Part shown: positions 38,907-51,539 of the stretch, piece after piece
How the letters are laid out: each line of letters starts with the position of its first letter
Position numbering within the stretch: position 1 is the stretch's first letter
Source: Octopus sinensis
Taxonomy: Eukaryota
Direction: 5' to 3'
Length of the DNA: 64,000 nt
Assembly (NCBI RefSeq): GCF_006345805.1
Contig: NC_043004.1
Span: forward strand, 36,456,001-36,520,000
Position numbers and translations under genes: made by a program
The notes under the pieces: generated by a model
The model's input: the letters and a program-made list of their open reading frames with translations, nothing else
Database searches by the model: none
Told to the model about the DNA's origin: nothing

Positions 38907-40254
38907 ATAAATTTGAATAAGAAATTATGTAAAGAAAGCAAACCATGTACAATCCCGTTGTATGCACGTGCACACACACACACACATTATATATAGTGGG
39001 CTTCAGTCCAGTTTTCGTCCAACAAATTATATCCACATGTTATAAGGTCCAAACGAGGATGAAGATGTCACGCAGTAGAATCAACCTTGGCACTAAATCC
39101 TAGCAGATTAAACATCTTAACCAAAAGCAATATAGTGTGAGCGGGGTGAGTGGACACGCATCGCAATGCCGTCGTCTGCTATACTAGCATCCTTATCTCA
39201 CCTCCGCTCCCAACGCTATCAATTATGATTTCGCTAACCCTATCACAACTGTTATTCACAAGCCCCACCGCTGTTATAGCCATTCACCTAGCATTTTACC
39301 ATAGTTAGCGCACCTCTTGCTTTAATGCAGCGAGCATTTCTATAACAATTATAGGTTTCATTTCTAAGAGTTACTCGTTGTCAATATTCTTATGAACGGG
39401 ATACACAGAAATGCATCAATGTATTTTTTCACGAAGTGTTTTATAATCCCAAGTCTCGGTTTATGACATTTTTTTACTCTGCTTAATTTAACATCAATTT
39501 ATCTCATGATACCAAAGTATAATCAATAGCCTCATTCTGTTTCAGATTTCAAAAATGGTGTCGATGTATGTTACCTTTGAAATTAGCTTTCAAATCTGAA
39601 TGGTACTTTTTTCCTCATATTTTTTTTCTTAAACTACTGCATTTTTTAGATAAACCTTTTAGATAATTTTCAGAAAAAAAAAATCTTTTAAATAATGCAA
39701 CATATAAAACATATGATTCATTTAATGGATGATATTTTGTCTTCCTCTATCAAATTTTGAAGTTATTGTTACCACAACGATTACAAGATTCCCCCATCCA
39801 AATTATATGTGTTTGACCCTTTTCGTTGTATTGATCCAACTTCAATATCCATAGAACCATGTATATTCACTCAACATATCTGTCGGTTGCAGTTACAAAT
39901 ATTTATTTCGAGTAAGTCTAAATATATATTGTTACAGTGAATTAATTATTCATCCTCATCTAGGCGAATGAATATCATTAAAAGGACTATTCTCTACATA
40001 CCTGGTGTAATATTTTTACATCTATTTTTGAAAATATTCTCTGGTCGCAAAGCAGATGTTGATTCATCTCTATCCATTGTTGCAGATATAAGCCGCAAAA
40101 TCTGGAAAACAAAGTATGAAAGGGTTTAGATTGGCACACAAGATCACTGCAGCAGTCACACGTGATTATAACAGAAATACATTTGAAAGAATAACGAAGT
40201 ATGGGCTCCAGATGAATTACTTATACATACATAAAACATACACAGATGTACACA

Positions 40255-40385
40255 CGCAGTCATGGTTTTTTTCCCAACCACATGGTTCCGAGTTCAGTCT
40301 CACTGCGTGGCAAATTGGGTGTCTTCAGGTCGAACATATGAGTTGATTTGCTAGATGGAAACTGAAAGAAGCCCATTGTGTATGT
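40255..40385 (+). mobile_element. Truncated SINE family B head
   Basis: CCAACCACATGGTTCCGAGTTCAGTCTCACTGCGTGGC...GGAAACTGAAAGAAGCCC matches the 5177-5340 segment, with deletions. Confidence 0.75.
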
Positions 40386-41142
40386 GTTTATATATATATG
40401 TATATTCATATGACAATAGCATATGAATGTGCCTGCCTGCTAGACACAAGAATTAAGACCCTCATTAAGCCACATTCGTGTGCCCTTATCATGTGAATTT
40501 TATATTTGGCAATATAATGTTGATTTCGGCTTGCAACTACCTATATTATTATTGCTATTATTATCGATAATAATAGCAATAATAATAATATCTATATAAA
40601 TGTCCACTCCTGCAAATTTGCTCCGATTGAAACTTTTCCCACTGAGATTGCTCTGATTTGGTGTCAAACAATTCAAAGGAGCAGCGGATTTCAACGTCGT
40701 GGGTTGGCAAGATTTTTCAAATGGTTGACATGTGCTAATGAAAATAAGATTTATGTCAAACCAGAAACCGGCCCACATGTATACTAATACCAAGAAATAT
40801 ATAGCATTCTGCTATATAGATATGTGAAAGATTTCACGATCCGTTTGTTATTTTCTGTTGTTATTTTCAATGATACTATTAGTGGTTTAATGAGGATTTT
40901 AACTCTCATGTCTAGCAGGTAGGCACATTCGTGTGCTCTTATATGAATTTTAAATATATGGCTATCTAATGCTAATTTAGGCTTGTGACCACTTATATTA
41001 GTATCAGTCATTTATATTGCCCACGATAATTAATAGCAATAATAATAATATCTATGCATTCACTCCTGAGTATTTGCTCTGTACATATATGTGTGTGTGT
41101 GTGTGGGGGGGAATTAAGCCCGGAATCAGCCAAACGAGCGGT

Positions 41143-41193
41143 CCTTACTGATGACGCTACGGAAATAGCCGAAACTGATCAGTCAGTATAAGG
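41143..41193 (+). ncRNA. Degenerate type I hammerhead motif
   Basis: CCTTA CTGATGA CGCT-acggaaat-AGCC GAAAC, palindrome ACTGATCAGT, C17, then AGTATAAGG. The 10.1-11.1 pair is C-C and stem I is out of register. Confidence 0.55.
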
Positions 41194-42064
41194 AACTTTC
41201 GATCGGTGTTTTGGGCGATTGCAGTCTCTCTCAGCATATATGTATACAATTATGTGCATTAACTACAGCACGAGAGCATTTTAGCTCTTATTTTTAGCAA
41301 AGTAGGAGTTCTAACACCCTTAATCGCAGTTAGTAACATTTATAATTTTCCTTTTGGTAACACATTGCCAATGGCTGTTTATATATATATAACTGTAAGC
41401 CCCACAAAATATATTGTTTCGCCAATAGGATTGTCTTCCTGTCAAAACGAAAGAAACTGAATATATCCTACAGAAGAAATAAAAAGTGTTGACTTTCTCA
41501 AAAAAGATAATGTTACTGCAAATTAAGCAATATCAGTTTTATACACAGCATAAGTCAGATAAACATAGAATTGATCAAAAAAGGAAGTTGCGCAGATGCC
41601 CTCTGGGGCGTTGTCAGCAAACCGTGAAACGATCCGTTGGAAGCCTTCCTCCTTCTGCCTAGGTATCAATAGTATATAATGAATGGGTTTACATTCTTAT
41701 TTAAGTCACAATGGGGCTTTCTATTAATCAAATTTATATGTTTATATCATATATATTCTTTATATATGCTCAAACTGCTAGATTACTTCTTAGGTATGAT
41801 TAAGCGATAACATGTAAGACAGAATTGCGTCTGAAAAATATACTGAAACAATATAGCTTTTTATAATATATACACGACACCTCTTTTAGGTATTGCTTTT
41901 TGATTTCCCGATTCTAAGTTGAGATGGTTTCATTGAACTTTTAACATAACGTCTGGTCGCCCACACCTTGTACGATAATGTATGGTGGAACTTTGTGAAA
42001 GCCTGTAAGACTTTATCTGTAATATATAATACACACACACACACATACATACATATATATATAT

Positions 42065-42330
42065 ATGAATGAATGTCTGTATACATACATATATACTTAC
42101 ATATATATGAATGTATGCATGTATGTATGTACATATGTCCATATGTATGTGTATATGCATGTATGTATCTATGTATGTACATATGTAAGTATATATGCAT
42201 ATATGTACGTATGCATGTACGCATGCATGTACGCATGTATGTATGTATGTATGTATGTATGTACGTATGTATGTATGAATGCATGTACGTATGTATACAT
42301 ATAGGTATGTATGCACACGCATATGCATAA
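42065..42330. repeat. Degenerate (TATG/CATG)n tetranucleotide microsatellite
   Basis: Direct reading. Confidence 0.9.
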
Positions 42331-42997
42331 ACAATTTGGCCGTTTCTGGACTCCCCTTCGGTTAGTATTGTAATTACTGTCATCAAGACAATTCTAGGAA
42401 GTACATGTAGCTCTATGAAAATTGAACAAAACTGAGAAATAAATATGGCTGATAGAGAACCAAAATTATATATACATGCATACATATGTGTGTGTGTGTT
42501 CGCGCACACGTGTTTGCGTATGTGTGTTTATGTTTGTATGTATGTATACAAACATATATGCACACGTACAATTTTCACACGCGCACTTATACAGGGATGC
42601 TTGACTAAACCCTTTGAGTAGAATCCTATAATAACTGATACGGAAGGAAATGATTTCCACAGATTTTAGTGGCTAAATAATGTCGACATGTTCCCCGTTG
42701 CCAAATTTATCTTTATGGGAAATCTTATTGACCACTCCTTTCTGAAGGAACTAACTGCAATTTATGAGGAGTGATAGACATTTTGTGCCAAACCGTATAT
42801 TAATATCAGCGAGAGCAATTAACAATTTAGCATTTCATATCTTACACGCGATTATATGTAAGCATGTCCAACTGCTAAGAAGTATAAATGTGCATAGGGA
42901 CATGCATACAAACACGACAGCACGCACATGCAGTTGAGGTATCTCTCATTCCCTCTCTATCTATCTACGTATACTAACATATATACATAAATACACG

Positions 42998-43044
<47 letters not shown>

Positions 43045-45636
43045 CATACATATGCTCCGTATGCTTGTGTATAAGTATAAGGTATGCATCAAAGTTTTAA
43101 TATAACGTATACGTGTGCGAGTGTTGCAGAACTATAGCCACATTACATCGTTTATGTACCTCATTATCATGAAGCTACGAATTATATGTATTTCAAAATA
43201 TATGTAATTATATGTAAAAGACAAAAAAACGGTATTGGACAACCAATAAACTTGAGTTTGAATCTATTTTCATGAGATACAAATATTAGTTGTTTTTTTA
43301 TGCATACACTTAATAGTATAGGAGAGGTGTAGTGAATCGTTTAGCGCCATTTATTTAATGGCACCGAAGTAACGAAAGAGGACAAGAACGAAATAGCAGT
43401 TAAAATTCATATGAATGCCAAATATATTCCAGGAGATAAATTTTAATGACAATTAAAAATACAAAATGACCCCAATATGTTAATAGAGTAGATATCAAAA
43501 TGTATTTTGTAAGAAAGAATCAAAATGGTTTTTATGATGTAAGTTACGTCCTCAAGCCTTTTGATTGCTTTTATTCAAGAGAAGGATTCGTCTCTGAGAT
43601 GATTCAGTGCAATCTAATAAAGCGTATTTTTTTCTGAGATTTACACACAAATTACATTCAATAAACTGATAAAAATACTTAACCATAAATGAGTAGCATA
43701 AGCCTTATGTGAAGCCCAAAATATTTTTTCTATTAGTTTTTTGAGACAAATTACGAAAATAATCAGAGTAAAATACAAAAAAATTGAATAAGATTTATGA
43801 ATGTATTTTTATGAGTTTCAGAAAAAGGTATCTCTTGATATCTTCTTTTAAAAGATATGACTTAAAAATTACACAAGTGTAATTCCTAAAAAGAGTTTTA
43901 GGAAACATACATTGATGCGATGAATATTTGTCTATATTCTCAACACCACTTCCAACAAACAACAACGTTTTACAGAAATTGCTTAAAACCAAATTACAAT
44001 CAATCTGTCAGTATCACACAGACGCAATTTCATATGAACTCGGCGAGTCTTTATATATATATATATATAGTCAATATACGTAATTTACATATATACATTG
44101 CGTATATACTTCCAGCCACAACATTTTAATACCTCAAGACACAATAGCAGGTAATTAATTATATTTATATCCGCTTACTACGTACACTTACAACCACAAG
44201 ATACTGTTTGTTTTTGTTCAAATTTGCTAGTAATGTTCTCTCAATTACTAATTTACATTATGTACCTTTTAAAGTAGATTAAACAAATTAAGCTGTTAGG
44301 TTGATGAAACAGTTTCATATCTTGTCGGCGATTTACAAACAAGGCGCCATCTTAATCCATGATTGATTGTTTGCAAGTCAGTGTAGATACAAAAAAAAAA
44401 ATTATATTCTCTAAAACAAAACAGGTTAACGGTTAAATGTCGTAACCTTTTTCTATTGTAATTAACTTGAAAGCTTTATATTATTAAAATCGTCATTCTA
44501 TCGAATTTTAAAGAATTTCAATGTTTTTGTTTTGTTTTTCATTGGTTGGTGGATGGATACATGTTTAAATACAGGAAAGTAGACGTTAGAAATTATTTTG
44601 TGGATAGCTTTGAGAAAGCAATCGAGAAAATAATTTCCTTATTTTGCTGTGATTTATTAGTGAAGAGAGACAAAGAAATTATTGGTGTCAAATGAAATAG
44701 CAGCAGAAAGAAAGAAAATGAAAAGAGAATTATTGGTAGCAAAACTGTTTCTTTGATCAGACTGAACGTATCCATATGGTGGTAAGAAATGTTCTGATAT
44801 ATCTTCTCATTAATCTCACTGATCGTGTCTGAAATATTAAATCAGCTAATGTGTTTAGTTATCTGATAAAATTAACTAATAATATATTTACTATCATATC
44901 TCGCTCGACATTAATATCTGTTGGCAGATGGATATTGATTAGCTCGAACTCCACAATAATCCAAACAAAACTGATAAAAACAAAAAAAAAATCTCTGAGC
45001 ATTTACTACTGTAAGATCAACAATGATATGTATCATTATCAGTTCAATCCCAATAGTCACTGATAAACAAATTATGTAATCGATAAGAAAATTCAATCGA
45101 CAGATGTCTACGTTACGATAATCTAAAGGGATATTTTATTAAACAAGGCCCACTAAATATTACACGGATGAAATGTCCCTCCGCTAGAAACAATTGCTGT
45201 TTTCGTTTCTTCATCTCATTATATTTTTTAACTTGTTTCACTCCCAGACGCTACAGACCTACTTATTCTAAGTCCATAAATCCTAGGCGTTGGACTAAAT
45301 TAAAATATGCAATTAATAAAAATATTTTCATAAAAAAATGTTATCTTTTGTGTCTGGAACTCGGCAGTTTTATAGGAAGTCAATTTTAGCTTCTTTTTTT
45401 TATATATGTATTTTTCTATTTGTGTTGTAGTTAAAAGTCACACTCAGTTTGAAACCTTCATGGATAGTTAACGGTGGAGAAACACCAAATGCTGCCAATT
45501 CGTGTAACATAAAATGATTCACATATTATATATATAAATTATTGTGTATATATAATAATGTATATGCCATGTGTTACATCTTGTATATACAATTCCATTT
45601 GTAATATTTCATAAATTCTATATATAATATTATATA

Positions 45637-46033
45637 TATTTCTTTATTGCCCTTAAGGGGCTAAACACAGAGGGGACAAACAAGGACAAACGGATTAAGT
45701 CGATTAAGTGCGAAACTGGTACTTTATCGACCCCGAAAGGATGAAAGGCAAAGTCGACCTCGTCAGAGTTTGAACTCAGAACGTAACGGCAGATGAAATA
45801 CCTATTTCTTTACTACCCACAAGGGGCTAAACACAGAGGATAAACAAGGACAGACAACCCGATTAAGTCGATTATATCGACCCCAGTGCGTAACTGGTAC
45901 TTAATTTATCGACTCCGAAAGGATGAAAGGCAAAGTCGATCTCGGCGCAATTTGAACTCAGAACTTAACGGCAGACGAAATACCGGTAAGCATTTCGCCC
46001 GGCATGCTAACGTTTCTGCCAGCTCGCCACCTT
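45637..46033 (-). mobile_element. SINE family A head-to-tail dimer: full copy 45803-46033 plus 5'-truncated copy 45637-45802
   Basis: Full copy has head AAGGTGGCGAGCTGGCAGAAACGTTAGC (A box), GAGTTCAAATTGC (B box) and tail GTGGGTAGTAAAGAAATAG. The second copy starts at the internal GGTATTTC. Confidence 0.92.
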
Positions 46034-46453
46034 ATATTCTATATGTAATATTATATAAAGAAGTATAGTATTGTGTTTCGGTAATTTAACAATCAAGTGT
46101 CTCAGAGCAATTCATTTCGCTATTTTACCACACCAGGATGCTAGGGTATTATATATTTTGAATACTCGTTATTGTTAGGGTAATAAGAGATTTCATATTC
46201 ATACGAAATCTTTCATCATACATGTATGTTAAAAACAACAATGTAATAGATGTAGTCATCAACACACATATATTATTTCCATTGTATTTGTCTATATATT
46301 TTTTTTCAAATATCCTTCGAAACATGGTGAAATACGATAGAATCAGGCTTCAACTAGTTAGTGCTATAAACGTTATGAGAATAAACAGTGACATATCTCT
46401 CGTGCTTAAAATAAATTCAACAAACTTAATTAATGAATACTAATCATACTCCG

Positions 46454-46640
46454 AAGGTGGCGAGGTGGCCAGTCGAATCATTAGCGCGCCCTTCTTTACG
46501 TTCTGAGGTCAAATTCCGTCGACCCTCCCTCAAAACTGCTGGCCAGTCGAATCATTAGCGCGCCCTTCTTTACGTTCTGAGGTCAAATTCCGTCGACCCT
46601 CCCTCAAAACTGCTGACCTTGTACCAAAATTTGAAACCAT
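46454..46640 (+). mobile_element. Internally deleted SINE family A with a perfect 74-bp tandem duplication
   Basis: Head AAGGTGGCGAGGTGGC, units 46467-46540 and 46541-46614 identical, tail CCTTGTACCAAAATTTGAAACC. Confidence 0.88.
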
Positions 46641-48256
46641 TGTTAATTATGGTCTCCTATTTTACCCATTAACTAAAACCTGCCTTTTTTAAGGTTTATT
46701 TATGAAAACTATTAACTAAAACCTCGACTCCTAACCAAAACGATACTCCAGTTCTTTATTCACGCACCGAAGATATAAATATTCCGACTTGAAGAACGCC
46801 AAAGACACAAAAAGCGAAGTGTCGCTGATTATAATTTCGCACGTTTAGTTAAAAGATTAAGATTTTTAAAATAGTGGTAGTTTTTTTGTTTCTTTCCTTC
46901 GGACAATAATTCTAAATTGTTTTGGATCAGAAAATTACTTACTGTTGCATTCCTATTTATTTAAGAACATAAACATCTATGTTAGAAGTGAACTGAATAT
47001 TTACCAAAGCTGGAATTGAACGCAAATTGTGATGATGGCGACCAGAGACTCCTTGCCATCCACGTCCGTAGCATAAAATATCTTAATGGTAGGTGGACTA
47101 ACTTTAATTGAATTTGTTACAATGCATATTTGTTATTTATTTCATCCACTTCGCTTCATTAAAAGACAAAGTTGAAAGTGGTAGAATTAGAATTGAGAAG
47201 ATGAGGCAATCGAAACGTAAGATAGACAATCCAAATATGAAGCCAGCAGAAAATGGAATAACGGCAAGCACATGTCTGTGAGTTAAAGAACATAGAAGGA
47301 AAATAACTTGATAATAATTGGTTGAAACAATATGAAAATTTAGTAACTTTCCCAATTTTTTAAAATTTTCTTTTTTCTCGTTACTTAAGTCACTGTAAAT
47401 GATTTTTATGTTCTAATCTTTGAGAAGACTGCAGTTCAAATGATGTTTACATCCGATTTACTCTAGACTGTAAAAACTGCTACGCTTTAAAGAAGTATGT
47501 TAATTGAATTAGATCTCCGCAACGATACACCTTATGCTTCATAGATTATTCTTCAGCTAATTGGCGTCTAATAAGTAGCTTCTAAATGAAATTTGGACTA
47601 GCGTTTCGATTCTTGGTTATAAGTTTTGAAGGAAAATAACCAGAGACACACATTAGGGATAATCGACTCCATTAAAGTATCTAATAAATAGTTTATTTTA
47701 CTGTTTGTTTTGGGAGAATTTAATTTTAATTATTTTTAAAAGAAGGAATTAAATTTTCTTTTCTAGTAGAAATATATTTTCCTCTTCTTCGTTATTTTTC
47801 TTTTTAGATTTACTTAACATAGATGGAATTTAGATGTCTACAACTAAAAATTTATCTTCAATATATCTACTTACCCAGATCACAGAAGAATAACGGAGCA
47901 CACTCACACACATGTATATATATATGTATGTGTGTGTGTGTGTGCGCGCGCGCACTTTAATTGAATTCGTAATTAATGAGGTATAATGTACATTTTGCAA
48001 TGACGCAATTTGATGACGGGTTAGAACACGCATTAGATTTTATCGTGCAAGAATTCCAATAGTTTAGGCTTCCTTGTTGTGATGAAAAGGTATTAATTTT
48101 CCCTTGTATGCAGCTTCGAAGATGAAATGAACTGTTCTCGTAACCACCTTTTTCTCAGATCGTGTATTAAGCAATAGTTAACCATAGGATAGGCTGGTTA
48201 TTTTTGATTCGACAAAGAATCTTACAGTGACCGTTCTATTCTGATGTATGAGGTAC

Positions 48257-48490
48257 CTATTTCTTTACTACCCACAAGAGGCTACACACAGAGGGGACAA
48301 ACAAGGACATACAAACGGATTAAGTCGATTACATCGACCCCAATGCGTAACTGGCACTTATTTAATCGATCCCGAAAGGATGAACGGCAAAGTCGACCTC
48401 AGCGGAATTTGAACTCAGAACGTAGCTGCAGACGAAATATTGCTAAGTATTTCGCCCGGCGAGCTAATGTTTCTGCCAGCTCGCCACCTT
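48257..48490 (-). mobile_element. Full-length SINE family A with 18-bp target-site duplication
   Basis: TTCTGATGTATGAGGTAC at both 48239-48256 and 48491-48508. The body matches 45803-46033. Confidence 0.95.
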
Positions 48491-50041
48491 TTCTGATGTA
48501 TGAGGTACGTTTGTTTGTGAGGAGGGTTAGCACCAATAGTGAAGAGAGCAGTTTCAATACGGGATTGAAATTACAGCACGTATATTGATGGTGGAGTTAA
48601 TGCGTATGTCATGAGGTAGAAATCATTATTAGTTTCTTGGAAGATAACGAAGTCTCAGTCTTTTGATACAAGACACTTTATTTGAAATAGGAGTTTTTGA
48701 ACAATCTGACTGGAATTAGTTGCAATTCACTAAAATTACAAAAGCAAAAACAAAAGTTTATCAACTATTACAATTTCAAAAAAAACGTAAGAGCGAAATA
48801 AAGGACACATTTGCTACTCAGGCTTCAGAAGATGGTGTATTGTATGTAAATGCAGGAATTATTAATCTATCATGTATTATGTGTATTGATATTATGTCTT
48901 TTATATGCACTGGGTGCACTGGGGTAACAGCATAGATGGCATCGAGTGATTGCTAAAAGTCAAAATTGTCAGAGATGAATTGCTGGCACTAGTTATTGTC
49001 ATAGAGATACTGATCTATCTATGACTGCATATATGTATGAAAAATGCCTGAGTGAACAATACAATATGAACGAAAGGGTACTTCTTCAGGAATTAACAGA
49101 ATTTAAAATTTAAATTCGAAAACTTAAGACTTTATCACTGTGACTATCACAAAGACTTTCATGTTAAACAGTCCATAAATTCAGTGCGCCATGTCATATC
49201 ACGTGTTTATGCAAATATTTGTGAAGTGTTCACTTAATATATTCTCTAAAACATGTCTTTAATTCTATAGTGATGGTGAGACATGAAATGCCTTATGGTT
49301 GGACTGTTATTTTGGAGAATATGTGAATATTAGTTTCACTTGTAAGTTTTACTGGTGCAGCTACTCAAAGTGAAGCAGTGCTAAGTAAATATTGGTACAT
49401 CAAGTCTGAACATTTATACCCATTCAGAATGCTTCAAATAGTCAAAGATTGAACTATTGCTTACGTACATAGCAATGTTTTACTCTTCATATGGAATTAT
49501 AAACTAGTTCTTTAGTTTCTTATCAAAAAGCAGATAAACATATCTTTATATAAACAGAGAAAAGAGAAAGGAAGAAAGAGAGAAGGATGATCATTATGTA
49601 GATGCTGAGATAGAGAAATTTCAAATTATTGAATAAAACATTGCCAATTTCCTTGAAATCTTTTTCACAGTAATGATTAAAATAGGAATTTACGATAATT
49701 AGATTTTATTTAAAATGACTTTAATTTATTTAAGGAAATTAACGTAGATATAATTTCCTTACTTCTAGAAATAGTCACGGTCGGTTAGGCCAGCTCCATA
49801 CAAGGATGACAAAGTGTTTAAATTCGATGTTTATTGTGTTAACCAATTCTTTTAGTTGTTTCTTTTTACATGTTTGTTTAGTTCTCCTATTTTCTGTTAC
49901 TATCAAAGCCATTCTGAAGTCAGTGTATATGGAATGGTTTAAATAATATGTTTTATAAGACCTGAGAGTGAGGGGTTCGGACTTCGTTTGTTTTTTGTCA
50001 CAATATTCCCCTATTTATATTCATATTTTCCCTGTTTATTG

Positions 50042-50252
50042 AAGCAGCGAGCGGGTAGGATCGTTAACAGGCCCGGGAAAAAAGCTTAGCAGTATTTTGT
50101 CCTCACGCTCTGAGTTCATATTCCGCCGAGGTCAATTTTGCCTTTCATCCTTTCGGGGTCAATGAAGTAAGTGCAAGTTGAGTGCTGGGGTCGATGAGCT
50201 CGACTTACACCTCACCCGAATTTGCTGGCCTTGTGTCAAAACCTGAAAGTAA
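50042..50252 (+). mobile_element. SINE family A (alternative tail TGCTGGCCTTGTGTCAAAACCTGAAA)
   Basis: Head, B-box-like GAGTTCATATTCC and the central GCCTTTCATCCTTTCGGGGTC are shared with the other copies. Confidence 0.88.
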
Positions 50253-51504
50253 TATTTTCCTATTTATGCCAACAAGCTACGGGCCCGAAATATTAGGTTT
50301 TCTTTGGTTCGTTACAGAGTATGTAATTACTAGATTGGAATTATTTAACTGCAACGCAACAAGTTCGAGCATGCATGAAAGAAGACTTTCATAGTTAACA
50401 GAATAGAAACCGATAGATAATGATACAGACAGTAATAATAGACAACATTATTAGAATATGAGGATAACAAAGTAGTGATTACAACGAAGGTAGAATTTAA
50501 CATTTCTATAATGACTTAACTATAACCAAATTGTTGTAAATTTCATGTTATTTCAATTGAAGATTCATCAATAAAAGTCGCTCTAAGAAATTAGCGGCTG
50601 AGATTAGGCGACCACAACGTTATGAATAAAGCTAAGGAGTTCAGAAATTGGCTAATGTGCCTTACAAAACGCAATATGAGTTCTTGTCTTTCTTATTGTA
50701 TTGTACTAGAATATGGAACACAGTAATTTGGCGGCAAAGGGTCTAGTTTATTCCAAACAGACAACATGAATTAGGAGAGAAACAAGTTTAAACGCACACT
50801 TTCATTCATCTCCATTTCTCCCTTTTCCCACGTCTCTTTCGATACATAATACACACACGCACACATACGCCCATACACACACACTATATAAATATGAGAG
50901 TGAGAGAGAACATAACGTCTACAATCTATATAAGCAAACTAATGAAATACATTGCCAATATGAAAGTAGTCCCAATATGTATTCCAGTAACGGTTTTAAA
51001 GAGCCACAGTCTGTAATGACGGGTGAGAAGACAAATAACACTGTAGAAAACAGAGATAACCAAATACTAACTGATCATTATTTGCCATGGTAGGTTGTGC
51101 AACGAATCTAGTCTTTGTAATAGTTTAACCCACTACAATAATGGCAGTCTTTTCCTTTAACGTATGTTTTTCTTATTGGTATCTATGAAAAAACCTATAC
51201 AATTATGTATCTATGGAGATTGCAGATAAAACATAACAAACAGAGCGTTAGAGGCAGGAAAGGATAATAGATAGAACTTGTATTGAGACAGATGCAATTG
51301 AAATATTATATGTGTGTGAGTGTGTACATGAGTGAGTGTGTTCGTATGTGTATGTGCGTTTTTATGTATTTAGGTATATGTATTATACATATATCATACA
51401 TTATAATATGTACTATTACACATACATATATTCACATATCTACATAGATATACATACAAACTCACATATACATGCATATGCACAAACGAATGCATACACA
51501 CACA

Positions 51505-51539
<35 letters not shown>

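Noticed and set aside
44341-44370. YY1-like CGCCATCTT next to Pbx/Hox-like TGATTGAT
   Set aside because: Short motifs compatible with chance in 64 kb; needs conservation data.
45161-45202. HHR-like CGGATGA...GAAAC AATTG (and GAAAC GCTA GTC near 47590-47660, minus)
   Set aside because: Several core and stem positions fail; could be very old relics but cannot be supported.
48950-49450. hAT dimerisation-domain-like ATQSEAVLSKY.YIKS
   Set aside because: Resemblance is weak and fragmentary, and no TIRs or TSD were found.
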